Below, one piece after another: positions 42,676 to 55,348 of a stretch of DNA of 55,348 nucleotides. The position numbers were made by a program, and so were the translations under genes. Under the pieces are notes generated by a model. That model was not told the origin of the DNA and ran no database searches. It worked only from the letters and a program-made list of their open reading frames with translations. Numbering within the stretch: the stretch's first letter is position 1; each line of letters begins with the position of its first letter. Origin of the DNA: Fimicolochytrium jonesii (lineage: Eukaryota); NCBI RefSeq assembly GCF_025526975.1, contig NW_026515679.1, positions 744,001 to 799,348 of the forward strand. The letters run 5' to 3'.

Positions 42676-45600
42676 CAGGACTGTTCCGGGTTATGGGTTA
42701 TTTTTGGTGGTCCGGAAAGTGTCAAAAATAGGTGCTAGCAATGTTCAGGGGCGTCTTACTGTACTGTACATAAAACTTTGGGGCATGTTTTCCACTCAAT
42801 GCTCCCGGAAAATCCGTTTTTCAGATTTTTTACTATGAAAATGTGACCAAAACGCATTTTCTGAAACTCTGAGTGGATGGAATTTGCTTAAAGTGGAATA
42901 TGTCTCAGAAAACATCCCCAAAAACATCTAGGAACCTTCATCTACTCTAGTATTCATCAACTCCTGGCACTTTTTGTTTCCAGGCAATATGGGGGTGTTC
43001 TCCAGTTGGCGGCGAATGACTCATTTTGGTTTGCTCTCAATTTGCTACATGTTCAAATCCTTTTGAGGCCCAAATACTTTCTTTTCTTCCACTGCTCCTC
43101 CTGATGGTGGAGGATGGCAAGTGCCTTTTTGCATTGCAATACATGGATATGACAGGGTGTTTGTCAACCAGCAAATCATGCAAAAAGCATGCAGTGCATG
43201 TCCGTTTGCATGCACTATGTCATCCGCACCACCTTGGACACCTGAGGAAAGTTGTGCGGATTTGAAAGATAATATAGTTACGGAAGTGGAACCAGGGAGA
43301 TTCAATGACTATTGAAGGAGCTATGGCACACGTAAGTCCCCAGGGGTGGGACTTAGAGAATTTTCAAAGATTTTGGTGACTCATGGCGCAGGTTTGATTC
43401 TCAGAGGGGGCCAGGCCTTCTTTTCTTTTTTTCCTCCTTCAAAATGTCTTCAAATACGTCTAGCATTGCTTGACAGTGTCAGGGAAACAATCAAAAAGCT
43501 GAGAAGTGCAGGTAAAAAGTGTTTTTGGCCGATCTACAAGCAAAACATGCGAAAAACCGGCGGTGCGTGTCCATTCGCATGCACTACATCATCCGTTCCA
43601 CCTTGGCCATCCAAGGCAATGGTGCGGATTCAAAAGATAGTATAGGTACGGAAGGGCAACCAGGGAGATTCAATCACTATTGACAGAGCTATGGCACCCG
43701 CAAGCTCCAATGGGTGGGACTTAGAGAATTTTCGAAAATTTTGCATTTTGCGCCGTCTGGTTGACCTGACCAAACACAGGTAACATTCAAACCGACAGAC
43801 ATTGGCATAGTGGCAAGTGCTAATGTTATCTGAACTAGTGCCCCAAGTTCCAACCCCGGTTTTGCTGGGGATACTTTTTTTTTTCTTTTTCCCGCGCCAC
43901 CCGAAACACGATGTGGGCGTAACGAAAGTTGTAGCCAGATATATGTTCTCATAGTTAAAGTCATCTCAGATGTGCAATTAAGCTGTAAACGGCTGCAGAA
44001 AATGCAAAAAACAAAATAGGATTGACGCTTTTCTCAAAATCCAACACCACCTGGAATGCATTAAAGCCAGTCCATACACATGTCCTTTACCTAGGAACCC
44101 CCTACAGATGAATTCCCATAGTCCCCGGACACCCATAGCGCACTCTATACAACTCTACTATGCACGCATACTGGTTAGGGTTAGCCTGCGCCCTATCTGG
44201 CGAATACGTTTTCAATGCATTTCATCGATGGCAAATAGCGCAGTTGCATAAGATACTCAATTCACAACCGAGGGTGCATGGTTCAAACCTTGCGTTCGAC
44301 ACAACAACAGAGGGATTTTTCCGGGGGCAAAATAAATATCACCATGCACCCATATCAATACGATGTGGACTGGATGGCGGTTACGATCAGTTTAACTGAT
44401 CTTAACCAGCTGTTCGATAGGTCCACCATTGTCCAAATGGCGGGCGCTCGTCCGCCGTTCAAGGATGACCCATTCTATAAGGAATGGATTACGGTTGTGA
44501 GCCAACCGTTCATACTGAGCATCCCGCCGAGTCGGGGTGTTAGAGAGGGGATCATTGAGGGATTATATAGGGACCATGGAATAATTGTGCGGGGGAGTGA
44601 CAGCCCTAATAGCACGATTCAGGGCAGACAGCATGTGGCGTTGGATACCCTGATTGGGACCTTGTCGGAATGCGTTGAAGGGGGAATGGTTAGGATAGTG
44701 CAGTACGGGATGAAGGCTTACTGGGAGACCATGGCAGCGAAGGATGCGGTCTACGAGAGTTCAGGGGGCCGGTCGAATACCTTCGACATAGGATTGATGA
44801 TCAGGAGCATGGATATCCCGGTGCTGAGGGGACGAGATGAGGCAGGGATGAGGGTTAGGGTTAGGGTTAGGGTTAGGGTTAGGGTTAGGGTTAGGGTTAC
44901 AGGACTGTTCCGGGTTATGGGTTATTTTTGGTGGTCCGGAAAGTGTCAAAAATAGGTGCTAGCAATGTTCAGGGGCGTCTTACTGTACTGTACATAAAAT
45001 TGTGGGGCATGTTTTTTCCACTCAATGCGCCCGAAAATCCGTTTTTCAATTTTTTACTATAAATGTGACCACAACGCTTTTCTTGAAACTCTGAGTGGAT
45101 TGAATTTGCTTAAAAGTGGAATATGCTCAGAAAACCAATCCCCAAAAATCTAGGAACCTTCATCTACTCTAGTATTCATCAACTCCTGGCACTTTTTGTT
45201 TCCAGGCAATATGGGGGTGTTCTCCAGTTGGTGGCGAATGGCTCATTTTGGTTTGCTCTCAATTTGCTACATGTTCAAATCCTTTTGAGGCCCAAATACT
45301 TTCTTTTCTTCCACTGCTCCTCCTGATGGTGGAGGATGGCAAATGCCTTTTTGCATTGCAATACATGGATATGACAGGGTGTTTGTCAACCAGCAAATCA
45401 TGCAAAAAGCATGCAGTGCATGTCCGTTGCATGCACTATGTCATCCGCACCACCTTGGACACCTGAGGAAAGTTGTGCGGATTTGAAAGATAATATAGTT
45501 ACGGAAGTGGAACCAGGGAGATTCAATGACTATTGAAGGAGCTATGGCACACGTAAGTCCCCAGGGTGGGACTTAGAGAATTTTCAAAGATTTTGGTGAC

Positions 45601-48600
45601 TCATGGCGCAGGTTTGATTCTCAGAGGGGGCCAGGCCTTCTTTTCTTTTTTTCCTCCTTCAAAATGTCTTTAAATACGTCTAGCATTGCTTGACAGTGTC
45701 AGGAAACAATCAAAAAGCTGAGAAGTGCAGGTAAAAAGTGTTTTTGGCCGATCTACAAGCAAAACATGCGAAAAAACCGGCGGTGCGTGTCCATTCGCAT
45801 GCACTACATCATCCGTTCCACCTTGGCCATCCAAGGCAATGGTGCGGATTCAAAAGATAGTATAGGTACGGAAGGGAAACCAGGGAGATTCAATCACTAT
45901 TGACAGAGCTATGGCACCCGCAAGCTCCAATGGGTGGGACTTAGAGAATTTTCGAAAATTTTGCATTTTGCGCCGTCTGGTTGACCTGACCAAACACAGG
46001 TAACATTCTACCGACAGACATTGGCATAGTGGCAAGTGCTAATGTTATCTGAACTAGTGCCCCAAGTTCCAACCCCGGTTTTGCTGGGGATACTTTTTTT
46101 TTTTTTTTCCCGCGCCACCCGAAACACGATGTGGGCGTAACGAAAGTTGTAGCCAGATATATGTTCTCATAGTTAAAGTCATCTCAGATGTGCAATTAAG
46201 CTGTAAACGGCTGCAGAAAATGCAAAAAACAAAATAGGATTGACGCTTTTCTCAAAATCCAACACCACCTGGAATGCATTAAAGCCAGTCCATACACATG
46301 TCCTTTACCTAGGAACCCCCTACAGATGAATTCCCATAGTCCCCGGACACCCATAGCGCACTCTATACAACTCTACTATGCACGCATACTGGTTAGGGTT
46401 AGCCTGCGCCCTATCTGGCGAATACGTTTTCAATGCATTTCACGATGGCAAATAGCGCAGTTGCATAAGATACTCAATTCACAACCGAGGGTGCATGGTT
46501 CAAACCTTGCGTTCGACACAACAACAGAGGGATTTTTCCGGGGGCAAAATAAATATCACCATGCACCCATATCAATACGATGTGGACTGGATGGCGGTTA
46601 CGATCAGTTTAACTGATCTTAACCAGCTGTTCGATAGGTCCACCATTGTCCAAATGGCGGGCGCTCGTCCGCCGTTCAAGGATGACCCATTCTATAAGGA
46701 ATGGATTACGGTTGTGAGCCAACCGTTCATACTGAGCATCCCGCCGAGTCGGGGTGTTAGAGAGGGGATCATTGAGGGATTATATAGGGACCATGGAATA
46801 ATTGTGCGGGGGAGTGACAGCCCTAATAGCACGATTCAGGGCAGACAGCATGTGGCGTTGGATACCCTGATTGGGACCTTGTCGGAATGCGTTGAAGGGG
46901 GAATGGTTAGGATAGTGCAGTACGGGATGAAGGCTTACTGGGAGACCATGGCAGCGAAGGATGCGGTCTACGAGAGTTCAGGGGGCCGGTCGAATACCTT
47001 CGACATAGGATTGATGATCAGAGCATGGATATCCCGGTGCTGAGGGGACGAGATGAGGCAGGGATGAGGGTTAGGGTTAGGGTTAGGGTTAGGGTTAGGG
47101 TTAGGGTTAGGGTTAGGGTTAGGGTTAGGGTTAGGGTTAGGGAGGGTTAGGTTAGGGTTAGGGTTAGGGTTAGGGTTGGGTTAGGGTTAGGGTTAGGGTT
47201 AGGGTTAGGGTTAGGGTTAGGGTTAGGGTTAGGGTAGTTAGGGTTAGGGTTAGGGTTAGGGTTAGGTTACAGGACTGTTCCCGGTTATGGGTTATTTTTG
47301 GCCATCCAAAAAGTGTCATATAAAGTTGCTAGCAATGTTCAGGGCATCTTACTGTAATGTGCTTCAAGTTTTGGGGCATGTTTTCCACTCAATGCCCCGG
47401 GAAAATCTGTTTTTCCGATTTTTGACTATGAAAATATTGCCAAAATGCATTTTCTGAAACTCTGAGTGGATGGATTTCGCTTAAAGTGGAATATGTCTCA
47501 GAAAACATCCCCAAAAACATCTAGGAACCTTCATCTACTCTAGTATTCATCAACTCCTGGCACTTTTTGTTTCCAGGCAATATGGGGGTGTTCTCCAGTT
47601 GGTGGCGAATGACTCATTTTGGTTTGCTCTCAATTGCTACATGTTCAAATCCTTTTGAGGCCCAAATACTTTCTTTTCTTCCCTGCTCCTCCTGATGGTG
47701 GAGGAATGCAAATGCCTTAGGGTTAAGGGTTAGGGTTAGGGTTAGGGTTAGGGTTAGGGTTAGGGTTACAGGACTGTTCCCGGTTATGGGTTATTTTTGG
47801 CCATCCAAAAAGTGTCATATAAAGTTGCTAGCAATGTTCAGGGGCATCTTACTGTAATGTGCTTCAAGTTTTGGGCATGTTTTTCCACTCAATGCCCCGG
47901 GAAAATCTGTTTTTTCCGATTTTTGACTATGAAAATATTGCCAAAATGCATTTTCTGAAACTCTGAGTGGATGGATTTCGCTTAAAGTGGAATATGTCTC
48001 AGAAAACATCCCCAAAAACATCTAGGAACCTTCATCTACTCTAGTATTCATCAACTCCTGGCACTTTTTGTTTCCAGGCATATGGGGGTGTTCTCCAGTT
48101 GGTGGCGAATGACTCATTTTGGTTTGCTCTCAATTTGCTACATGTTCAAATCCTTTTGAGGCCCAAATACTTTCTTTTCTTCCACTGCTCCTCCTGATGG
48201 TGGAGGAATGCAAATGCCTTAGGGTTAGGGTTAGGGTTAGGGTTAGGGTTAGGGTTAGGGTTAGGGTTACAGGACTGTTCCGGGTTATGGGTTATTTTGG
48301 TGGTCCGGAAAGTGTCAAAAATAGGTGCTAGCAATGTTCAGGGGCGTCTTACTGTACTGTACATAAAATTGTGGGGCATGTTTTCCACTCAATGCTCCCG
48401 GAAAATCCGTTTTTCAGATTTTTTACTATGAAAATGTGACCAAAACGCATTTTCTGAAGCTCTGAGTGGATGGAATTTGCTTGAAGTGGAATATGTCTCA
48501 GAAAACATCCCCAAAAACATCTAGGAACCTTCATCTACTCTAGTATTCATCAACTCCTGGCACTTTTTGTTTCCAGGCAATATGGGGGTGTTCTCCAGTT

Positions 48601-51600
48601 GGTGGCGAATGGCTCATTTTGGTTTGCTCTCAATTTGCTACATGTTCAAATCCTTTTGAGGCCCAAATACTTTCTTTTCTTCCACTGCTCCTCCTGATGG
48701 TGGAGGATGGCAAATGCCTTTTTGCATTGCAATACATGGATATGACAGGGTGTTTGTCAACCAGCAAATCATGCAAAAAGCATGCAGTGCATGTCCGTTT
48801 GCATGCACTATGTCATCCGCACCACCTTGGACACCTGAGGAAAGTTGTGCGGATTTGAAAGATAATATAGTTACGGAAGTGGAACCAGGGAGATTCAATG
48901 ACTATTGAAGGAGCTATGGCACACGTAAGTCCCCAGGGGTGGGACTTAGAGAATTTTCAAAGATTTTGGTGACTCATGGCGCAGGTTTGATTCTCAGAGG
49001 GGGCCAGGCCTTCTTTTCTTTTTTTTCCTTCCTCCTTCAAAATGTCTTCAAATACGTCTAGCATTGCTTGACAGTGTCAGGAAACAATCAAAAAGCTGAG
49101 AAGTGCAGGTAAAAAGTGTTTTTGGCCGATCTACAAGCAAAACATGCGAAAAACCGGCGGTGCGTGTCCATTCGCATGCACTACATCATCCGTTCCACCT
49201 TGGCCATCCAAGGCAATGGTGCGGATTCAAAAGATAGTATAGGTACGGAAGGGAACCAGGGAGATTCAATCACTATTGACAGAGCTATGGCACCCGCAAG
49301 CTCCAATGGGTGGGACTTAGAGAATTTTCGAAAATTTTGCATTTTGCGCCGTCTGGTTGACCTGACCAAACACAGGTAACATTCAACTACCGACAGACAT
49401 TGGCATAGTGGCAAGTGCTAATGTTATCTGAACTAGTGCCCCAAGTTCCAACCCCGGTTTTGCTGGGGATACTTTTTTTTTTCTTTTCCCCCGCCACCCG
49501 AAACACGATGTGGGCGTAACGAAAGTTGTAGCCAGATATATGTTCTCATAGTTAAAGTCATCTCAGATGTGCAATTAAGCTGTAAACGGCTGCAGAAAAT
49601 GCAAAAACAAAATAGGATTGACGCTTTTCTCAAAATCCAACACCACCTGGAATGCATTAAAGCCAGTCCATACACATGTCCTTTACCTAGGAACCCCCTA
49701 CAGATGAATTCCCATAGTCCCCGGACACCCATAGCGCACTCTATACAACTCTACTATGCACGCATACTGGTTAGGGTTAGCCTGCGCCCTATCTGGCGAA
49801 TACGTTTTCAATGCATTTCATCGATGGCAAATAGCGCAGTTGCATAAGATACTCAATTCACAACCGAGGGTGCATGGTTCAAACCTTGCGTTCGACACAA
49901 CAACAGAGGGATTTTTCCGGGGGCAAAATAATATCACCATGCACCCATATCAATACGATGTGGACTGGATGGCGGTTACGATCAGTTTAACTGATCTTAA
50001 CCAGCTGTTCGATAGGTCCACCATTGTCCAAATGGCGGGCGCTCGTCCGCCGTTCAAGGATGACCCATTCTATAAGGAATGGATTACGGTTGTGAGCCAA
50101 CCGTTCATACTGAGCATCCCGCCGAGTCGGGGTGTTAGAGAGGGGATCATTGAGGGATTATATAGGGACCATGGAATAATTGTGCGGGGGTGACAGCCCT
50201 AATAGCACGATTCAGGGCAGACAGCATGTGGCGTTGGATACCCTGATTGGGACCTTGTCGGAATGCGTTGAAGGGGGAATGGTTAGGATAGTGCAGTACG
50301 GGATGAAGGCTTACTGGGAGACCATGGCAGCGAAGGATGCGGTCTACGAGAGTTCAGGGGGCCGGTCGAATACCTTCGACATAGGATTGATGATCAGGAG
50401 CATGGATATCCCGGTGCTGAGGGGACGAGATGAGGCAGGGGATGAGGGTTAGGGTTAGGGTTAGGGTTAGGGTTAGGGTTAGGGTTAGGGTTAGGGTTAG
50501 GGTTAGGGTTAGGGTTAGGGTTAGGGTAGGTTAGGGTTAGGGTTAGGGTTAGGGTTAGGGTTAGGGTTAGGGTTAGGGTTAGGGTTAGGGTTAGGGTTAG
50601 GGTTAGGGTTAGGGTAGTTAGGGTTAGGGTTAGGTTAGGGTTAGGGTTAGGGTTAGGGTTAGGGTTAGGGTTAGGGTTAGTTAGGGTTAGGGTTAGGGTT
50701 AGGGTTAGGGTTAGGGTTAGGGTTAGGGTTAGGGTTAGGGTTAGGGTTAGGGTTAGGGTTAGGGTTAGGGTTAGGGTTAGGGTTAGGGTTAGGGTTTAGG
50801 GTTACAGGACTGTTCCCGGTTATGGGTTATTTTTGGCCATCCAAAAAGTGTCATATAAAGTTGCTAGCAATGTTCAGGGGCATCTTACTGTAATGTGCTT
50901 CAAGTTTTGGGGCATGTTTTCCACTCAATGCCCCGGGAAAATCTGTTTTTCCGATTTTTGACTATGAAAATATTGCCAAAATGCATTTTCTGAAACTCTG
51001 AGTGGATGGATTTCGCTTAAAGTGGAATATGTCTCAGAAAACATCCCCAAAAACATCTAGGAACCTTCATCTACTCTAGTATTCATCAACTCCTGGCACT
51101 TTTTGTTTCCAGGCAATATGGGGGTGTTCTCCAGTTGGTGGCGAATGACTCATTTTGCTCTCAATTTGCTACATGTTCAAATCCTTTTGAGGCCCAAATA
51201 CTTTCTTTTCTTCCACTGCTCCTCCTGATGGTGGAGGAATGCAAATGCCTTAGGGTTAGGGTTAGGGTTAGGGTTAGGGTTAGGGTTAGGGTTAGGGTTA
51301 CAGGACTGTTCCGGGTTATGGGTTATTTTGGTGGTCCGGAAAGTGTCAAAAATAGGTGCTAGCAATGTTCAGGGGCGTCTTACTGTACTGTACATAAAAT
51401 TGTGGGGCATGTTTTCCACTCAATGCTCCCGGAAAATCCGTTTTTCAGATTTTTTACTATGAAAATGTGACCAAAACGCATTTTCTGAAGCTCTGAGTGG
51501 ATGGAATTTGCTTGAAGTGGAATAGTCTCAGAAAACATCCCCAAAAACATCTAGGAACCTTCATCTACTCTAGTATTCATCAACTCCTGGCACTTTTGTT

Positions 51601-53473
51601 TCCAGGCAATATGGGGGTGTTCTCCAGTTGGTGGCGAATGGCTCATTTTGGTTTGCTCTCAATTTGCTACATGTTCAAATCCTTTTGAGGCCCAAATACT
51701 TTCTTTTCTTCCACTGCTCCTCCTGATGGTGGAGGATGGCAAATGCCTTTTTGCATTGCAATACATGGATATGACAGGGTGTTTGTCAACCAGCAAATCA
51801 TGCAAAAAGCATGCAGTGCATGTCCGTTTGCATGCACTATGTCATCCGCACCACCTTGGACACCTGAGGAAAGTTGTGCGGATTTGAAAGATAATATAGT
51901 TACGGAAGTGGAACCAGGGAGATTCAATGACTATTGAAGGAGCTATGGCACACGTAAGTCCCCAGGGGTGGGACTTAGAGAATTTTCAAAGATTTTGGTG
52001 ACTCATGGCGCAGGTTTGATTCTCAGAGGGGGCCAGGCCTTCTTTTCTTTTTTCCTCCTTCAAAATGTCTTTAAATACGTCTAGCATTGCTTGACAGTGT
52101 CAGGAAACAATCAAAAAGCTGAGAAGTGCAGGTAAAAAGTGTTTTTGGCCGATCTACAAGCAAAACATGCGAAAAACCGGCGGTGCGTGTCCATTCGCAT
52201 GCACTACATCATCCGTTCCACCTTGGCCATCCAAGGCAATGGTGCGGATTCAAAAGATAGTATAGGTACGGAAGGGAAACCAGGAGATTCAATCACTATT
52301 GACAGAGCTATGGCACCCGCAAGCTCCAATGGGTGGGACTTAGAGAATTTTCGAAATTTTGCATTTTGCGCCGTCTGGTTGACCTGACCAAACACAGGTA
52401 ACATTCTACCGACAGACATTGGCATAGTGGCAAGTGCTAATGTTATCTGAACTAGTGCCCCAAGTTCCAACCCCGGTTTTGCTGGGGATACTTTTTTTTT
52501 TGCTTTTTCCCGCGCCACCCGAAACACGATGTGGGCGTACCGAAAGTTGTAGCCAAGATATATGTTCTCATAGTTAAAGTCATCTCAGATGTGCAATTAA
52601 GCTGTAAACGGCTGCAGAAAATGCAAAAAACAAAATTAGGATTGACGCTTTTCTCAAAATCCAACACCACTGGAATGCATTAAAGCCAGTCCATACACAT
52701 GTCCTTTACCTAGGAACCCCCTACAGATGAATTCCCATAGTCCCCGGACACCCATAGCGCACTCTATACAACTCTACTATGCACGCAGTACTGGTTATGG
52801 TTAGCCTGCGCCCTATCTGGCGAATACGTTTCAATGCATTTCATCGATGGCAATTAGCGCAGTTGCATAAGATACTCAATTCACCAACCGAGGGTGCATG
52901 GTTCAAACCTTGCGTTCGACACACAACAACAGAGGGATTTTCGCGGGGGCAAATAAATATCACCATTCACCCATATCATACGATGTGGACTGGATGGCGG
53001 TTTACGATCAGTTTAACTGATCTTAACCAGCTGTTCGATAGGTCCACCATTGTCCAAATGGCGGGCGCTCGTCCGCCGTTCAAGGATGACCCATTCTATA
53101 AGGAATGGATTACGGTTGTGAGCCAACCGTTCATACTGAGCATCCCGCCGAGTCGGGGTGTTAGAGAGGGGATCATTGAGGGATTATATAGGGACCATGG
53201 AATAATTGTGCGGGGGAGTGACAGCCCTAATAGCACGATTCAGGGCAGACAGCATGTGGCGTTGGATACCCTGATTGGGACCTTGTCGGAATGCGTTGAA
53301 GGGGGAATGGTTAGGATAGTGCAGTACGGGATGAAGGCCTTACTGGGAGACCATGGCAGCGAAGGATGCGGTCTACGAGAGTTCAGGGGGCCGGTCGAAT
53401 ACCTTCGACATAGGATTGATGATCAGGAGCATGGATATCCCGGTGCTGAGGGGACGAGATGAGGCAGGGGATG
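42676..53473. repeat. Array of telomere-associated element C separated by TTAGGG tracts: ~2.17-kb units at 42676-44850, 44900-47066, 48270-50444, 51301-53473; ~450-bp units at 47270-47716, 47769-48218, 50805-51249
   Basis: All start GGTTA|CAGGACTGTTCC; long units end GCAGGGATG|AGGG; short units end AAATGCC|TTAGGG. Confidence 0.92.
44278..44850 (+). pseudogene. Element C ORF (~190 aa), 3'-truncated by telomere repeats; copies near 46495, 49875 and 52898
   Basis: Open frame MVQTLRSTQ..GRDEAGM running into TTAGGG; the other copies carry indels. Confidence 0.55.
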
Positions 53474-53557
53474 AGGGTTAGGGTTAGGGTAGGGTTAGGG
53501 TTAGGGTTAGGGTTAGGGTTAGGGTTAGGGTAGGGTTAGGCGTTAGGGTTAGGGTTA

Positions 53558-54974
53558 CAAGACCCCCTGGGTTGGGTTTATTATTGGGTTGCCTGGAACC
53601 CTAGGGACTTAGAAATTTTCGAGTTTTCTGGCTTTTGGGTGTGTTCTACAGTTCGAATTTTTGACTCTGAGGGAGGTAGTGGCGGGGGGTATTGCGCACC
53701 TAGGCAAGTCGGGGAGGACTAGGTGTGCAAGGGCAAGTGATGGGTCATATGGGCGGTGGTGCGGGTACGGGGGGGGGGGGTTGATATAAAGGGGACATAT
53801 ATGTTATATATACGTTATAGGACTTGTGCAAATTGGGATTTTTCTAGTGCCGATCCGGAGTTGGCGTCCTAATTGAAAAGTTGGCCCCATATCATATTCT
53901 CTAATTGAAGTACTCTCGGATTGGCAATCCGTGCGGAAACGGCTTCAGAAACTTAGAAAAACGAAATTTTCACGCGACGGGGGGTAAAAAGTTGGAAAAT
54001 GTGGTGATATCTCAACATCTGGCTGACTATCCAGTGTAGGGCACTTAATGAAAGTTGATTGTAGCCTATGGTTTGCATAGCTGATGTGGTAGCAAATCTT
54101 GTGTAACCTTGCTTTTGGCTGAAGAACAGGGCCCCTTTTCAATTCTCAAGTCGTGATCCCCAAGACCTCCTAACAAAAGACACGAGTACGCATGTGCAGG
54201 CAAAGGGGTTTGGCCGTGTTCTCCAGTAAACATTTTGTGAATTCCGCTGTGCATCGTAGACTGTTTGTAGGACCCTTGCGGTCTGTTATTTACCAAAACT
54301 GTTGAACATTTTCCGGTTAAAGCAGTGTTCTACAGTTTGTCCATGCAGGTTAGAGCACGTGACCTGGGCTTGCTTGCAGGGTACGCAGAGTGAGAGGGTT
54401 GGGGTTAGAGATTTCCCAGATCACTTATTAAATTCAGCCAAACTGTCTCTGTCATGGAACATTTAAAATGGTGGAAAGTAGTATTGCATTTATTGATTTA
54501 GAGTACATTGGAAAAGCGCACATTCAGAAAAGGGTTTTGGTGTAAAGTTCTCAACGACATTCAACAGTACTAAAGGACTTCCGCAAGCATGTCACGGACT
54601 TGGTTCTGTCCAAAAGTCGTACAGCACTCAGGGTACCTGGCGCAGCGGAGACGGAAACGATGCTGACCGCCAATGCTATGAAAAGCTGAGCCTCCACAGT
54701 TGGGACATTGAAGCTGATCACGATGCTGATGGAAGAGTTCACGGATATTGCCAATGGGAGCAGCATCAGGCACTTCCCCATCCCCATGACCCCACCAAGC
54801 ACGAGCAGGATCAATGACGGGTGCAATGCCTTTGAACCATCCGGGATTGAAACCAAAAGAGTTGAGAACATCTCGGAAGCGCTGACAGTCTGTCACAGTA
54901 GTCTGTCTATTGCGATCTCCTCTGAATAGAACTCTGGTGGCAGCGTCCATGATGCCATTGATGAGACTGTAGTA
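53558..54974. repeat. Second copy of element B, truncated by the terminal telomere
   Basis: Near-identical to 14939-16376; ends GAGACTGTAGTA|GGG. Confidence 0.9.
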
Positions 54975-55348
54975 GGGTTTAGGGTTAGGGTTAGGGTTAG
55001 GGTTAGGGTTAGGGTTAGGGTTAGGGTTAGGGTTAGGGTTAGGGTTAGGGTTAGGGTTAGGGTTAGGGTTAGGGTTAGGGTTAGGGTTAGGGTTAGGGTT
55101 AGGGTTAGGGTTAGGGTTAGGGTTAGGGTTAGGGTTAGGGTTAGGGTTAGGGTTAGGGTTAGGGTTAGGGTTAGGGTTAGGGTTAGGGTTAGGGTTAGGG
55201 TTAGGGTTAGGGTTAGGGTTAGGGTTAGGGTTAGGGTTAGGGTTAGGGTAGGGTTAGGGTTAGGGTTAGGGTTAGGGTTAGGGTTAGGGTTAGGGTTAGG
55301 GTTAGGGTTAGGGTTAGGGTTAGGGTTAGGGTTAGGGTAGGGTTAGGG
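54973..55348 (+). repeat. Terminal telomere (TTAGGG)n
   Basis: Runs to the end of the window. Confidence 0.95.

Noticed and set aside
42676..44850. Element C as a CA...TG TIR DNA transposon
   Set aside because: The ends are not convincingly inverted and the ORF runs off the right end, indicating truncation.

Overview
This is a eukaryotic chromosome end. It is probably fungal (chytrid-like), inferred from TTAGGG repeats and an intron-rich Cache/HAMP-type membrane gene. The window runs from one host gene and retrotransposon debris (1-7 kb) into a stack of elements separated by interstitial (TTAGGG)n tracts, and ends in the terminal telomere. The centrepiece is an apparently full-length 25,069-bp endogenous Polinton-like virus (PLV)/virophage-like element at 16671-41739 with 815-bp TIRs. 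It encodes a double-jelly-roll major capsid (one frameshift), penton, A32-like packaging ATPase, chromodomain rve integrase, tyrosine-recombinase-like protein, fused adenine/cytosine DNA methyltransferase, AEP primase-SF2 helicase and a 2236-aa fibre, but no protein-primed PolB. A second, telomere-truncated copy lies at 8417-14673. All three visible virus ends terminate in the same perfect 46-bp TG...CA palindrome. That structure fits a hairpin-ended genome integrated by an rve integrase and resolved by a protelomerase-like enzyme; this mechanism is my inference. Three otherwise dissimilar telomere-associated repeat families (A, B, C) all join the telomere tract at the same GGGTTA|CA junction.
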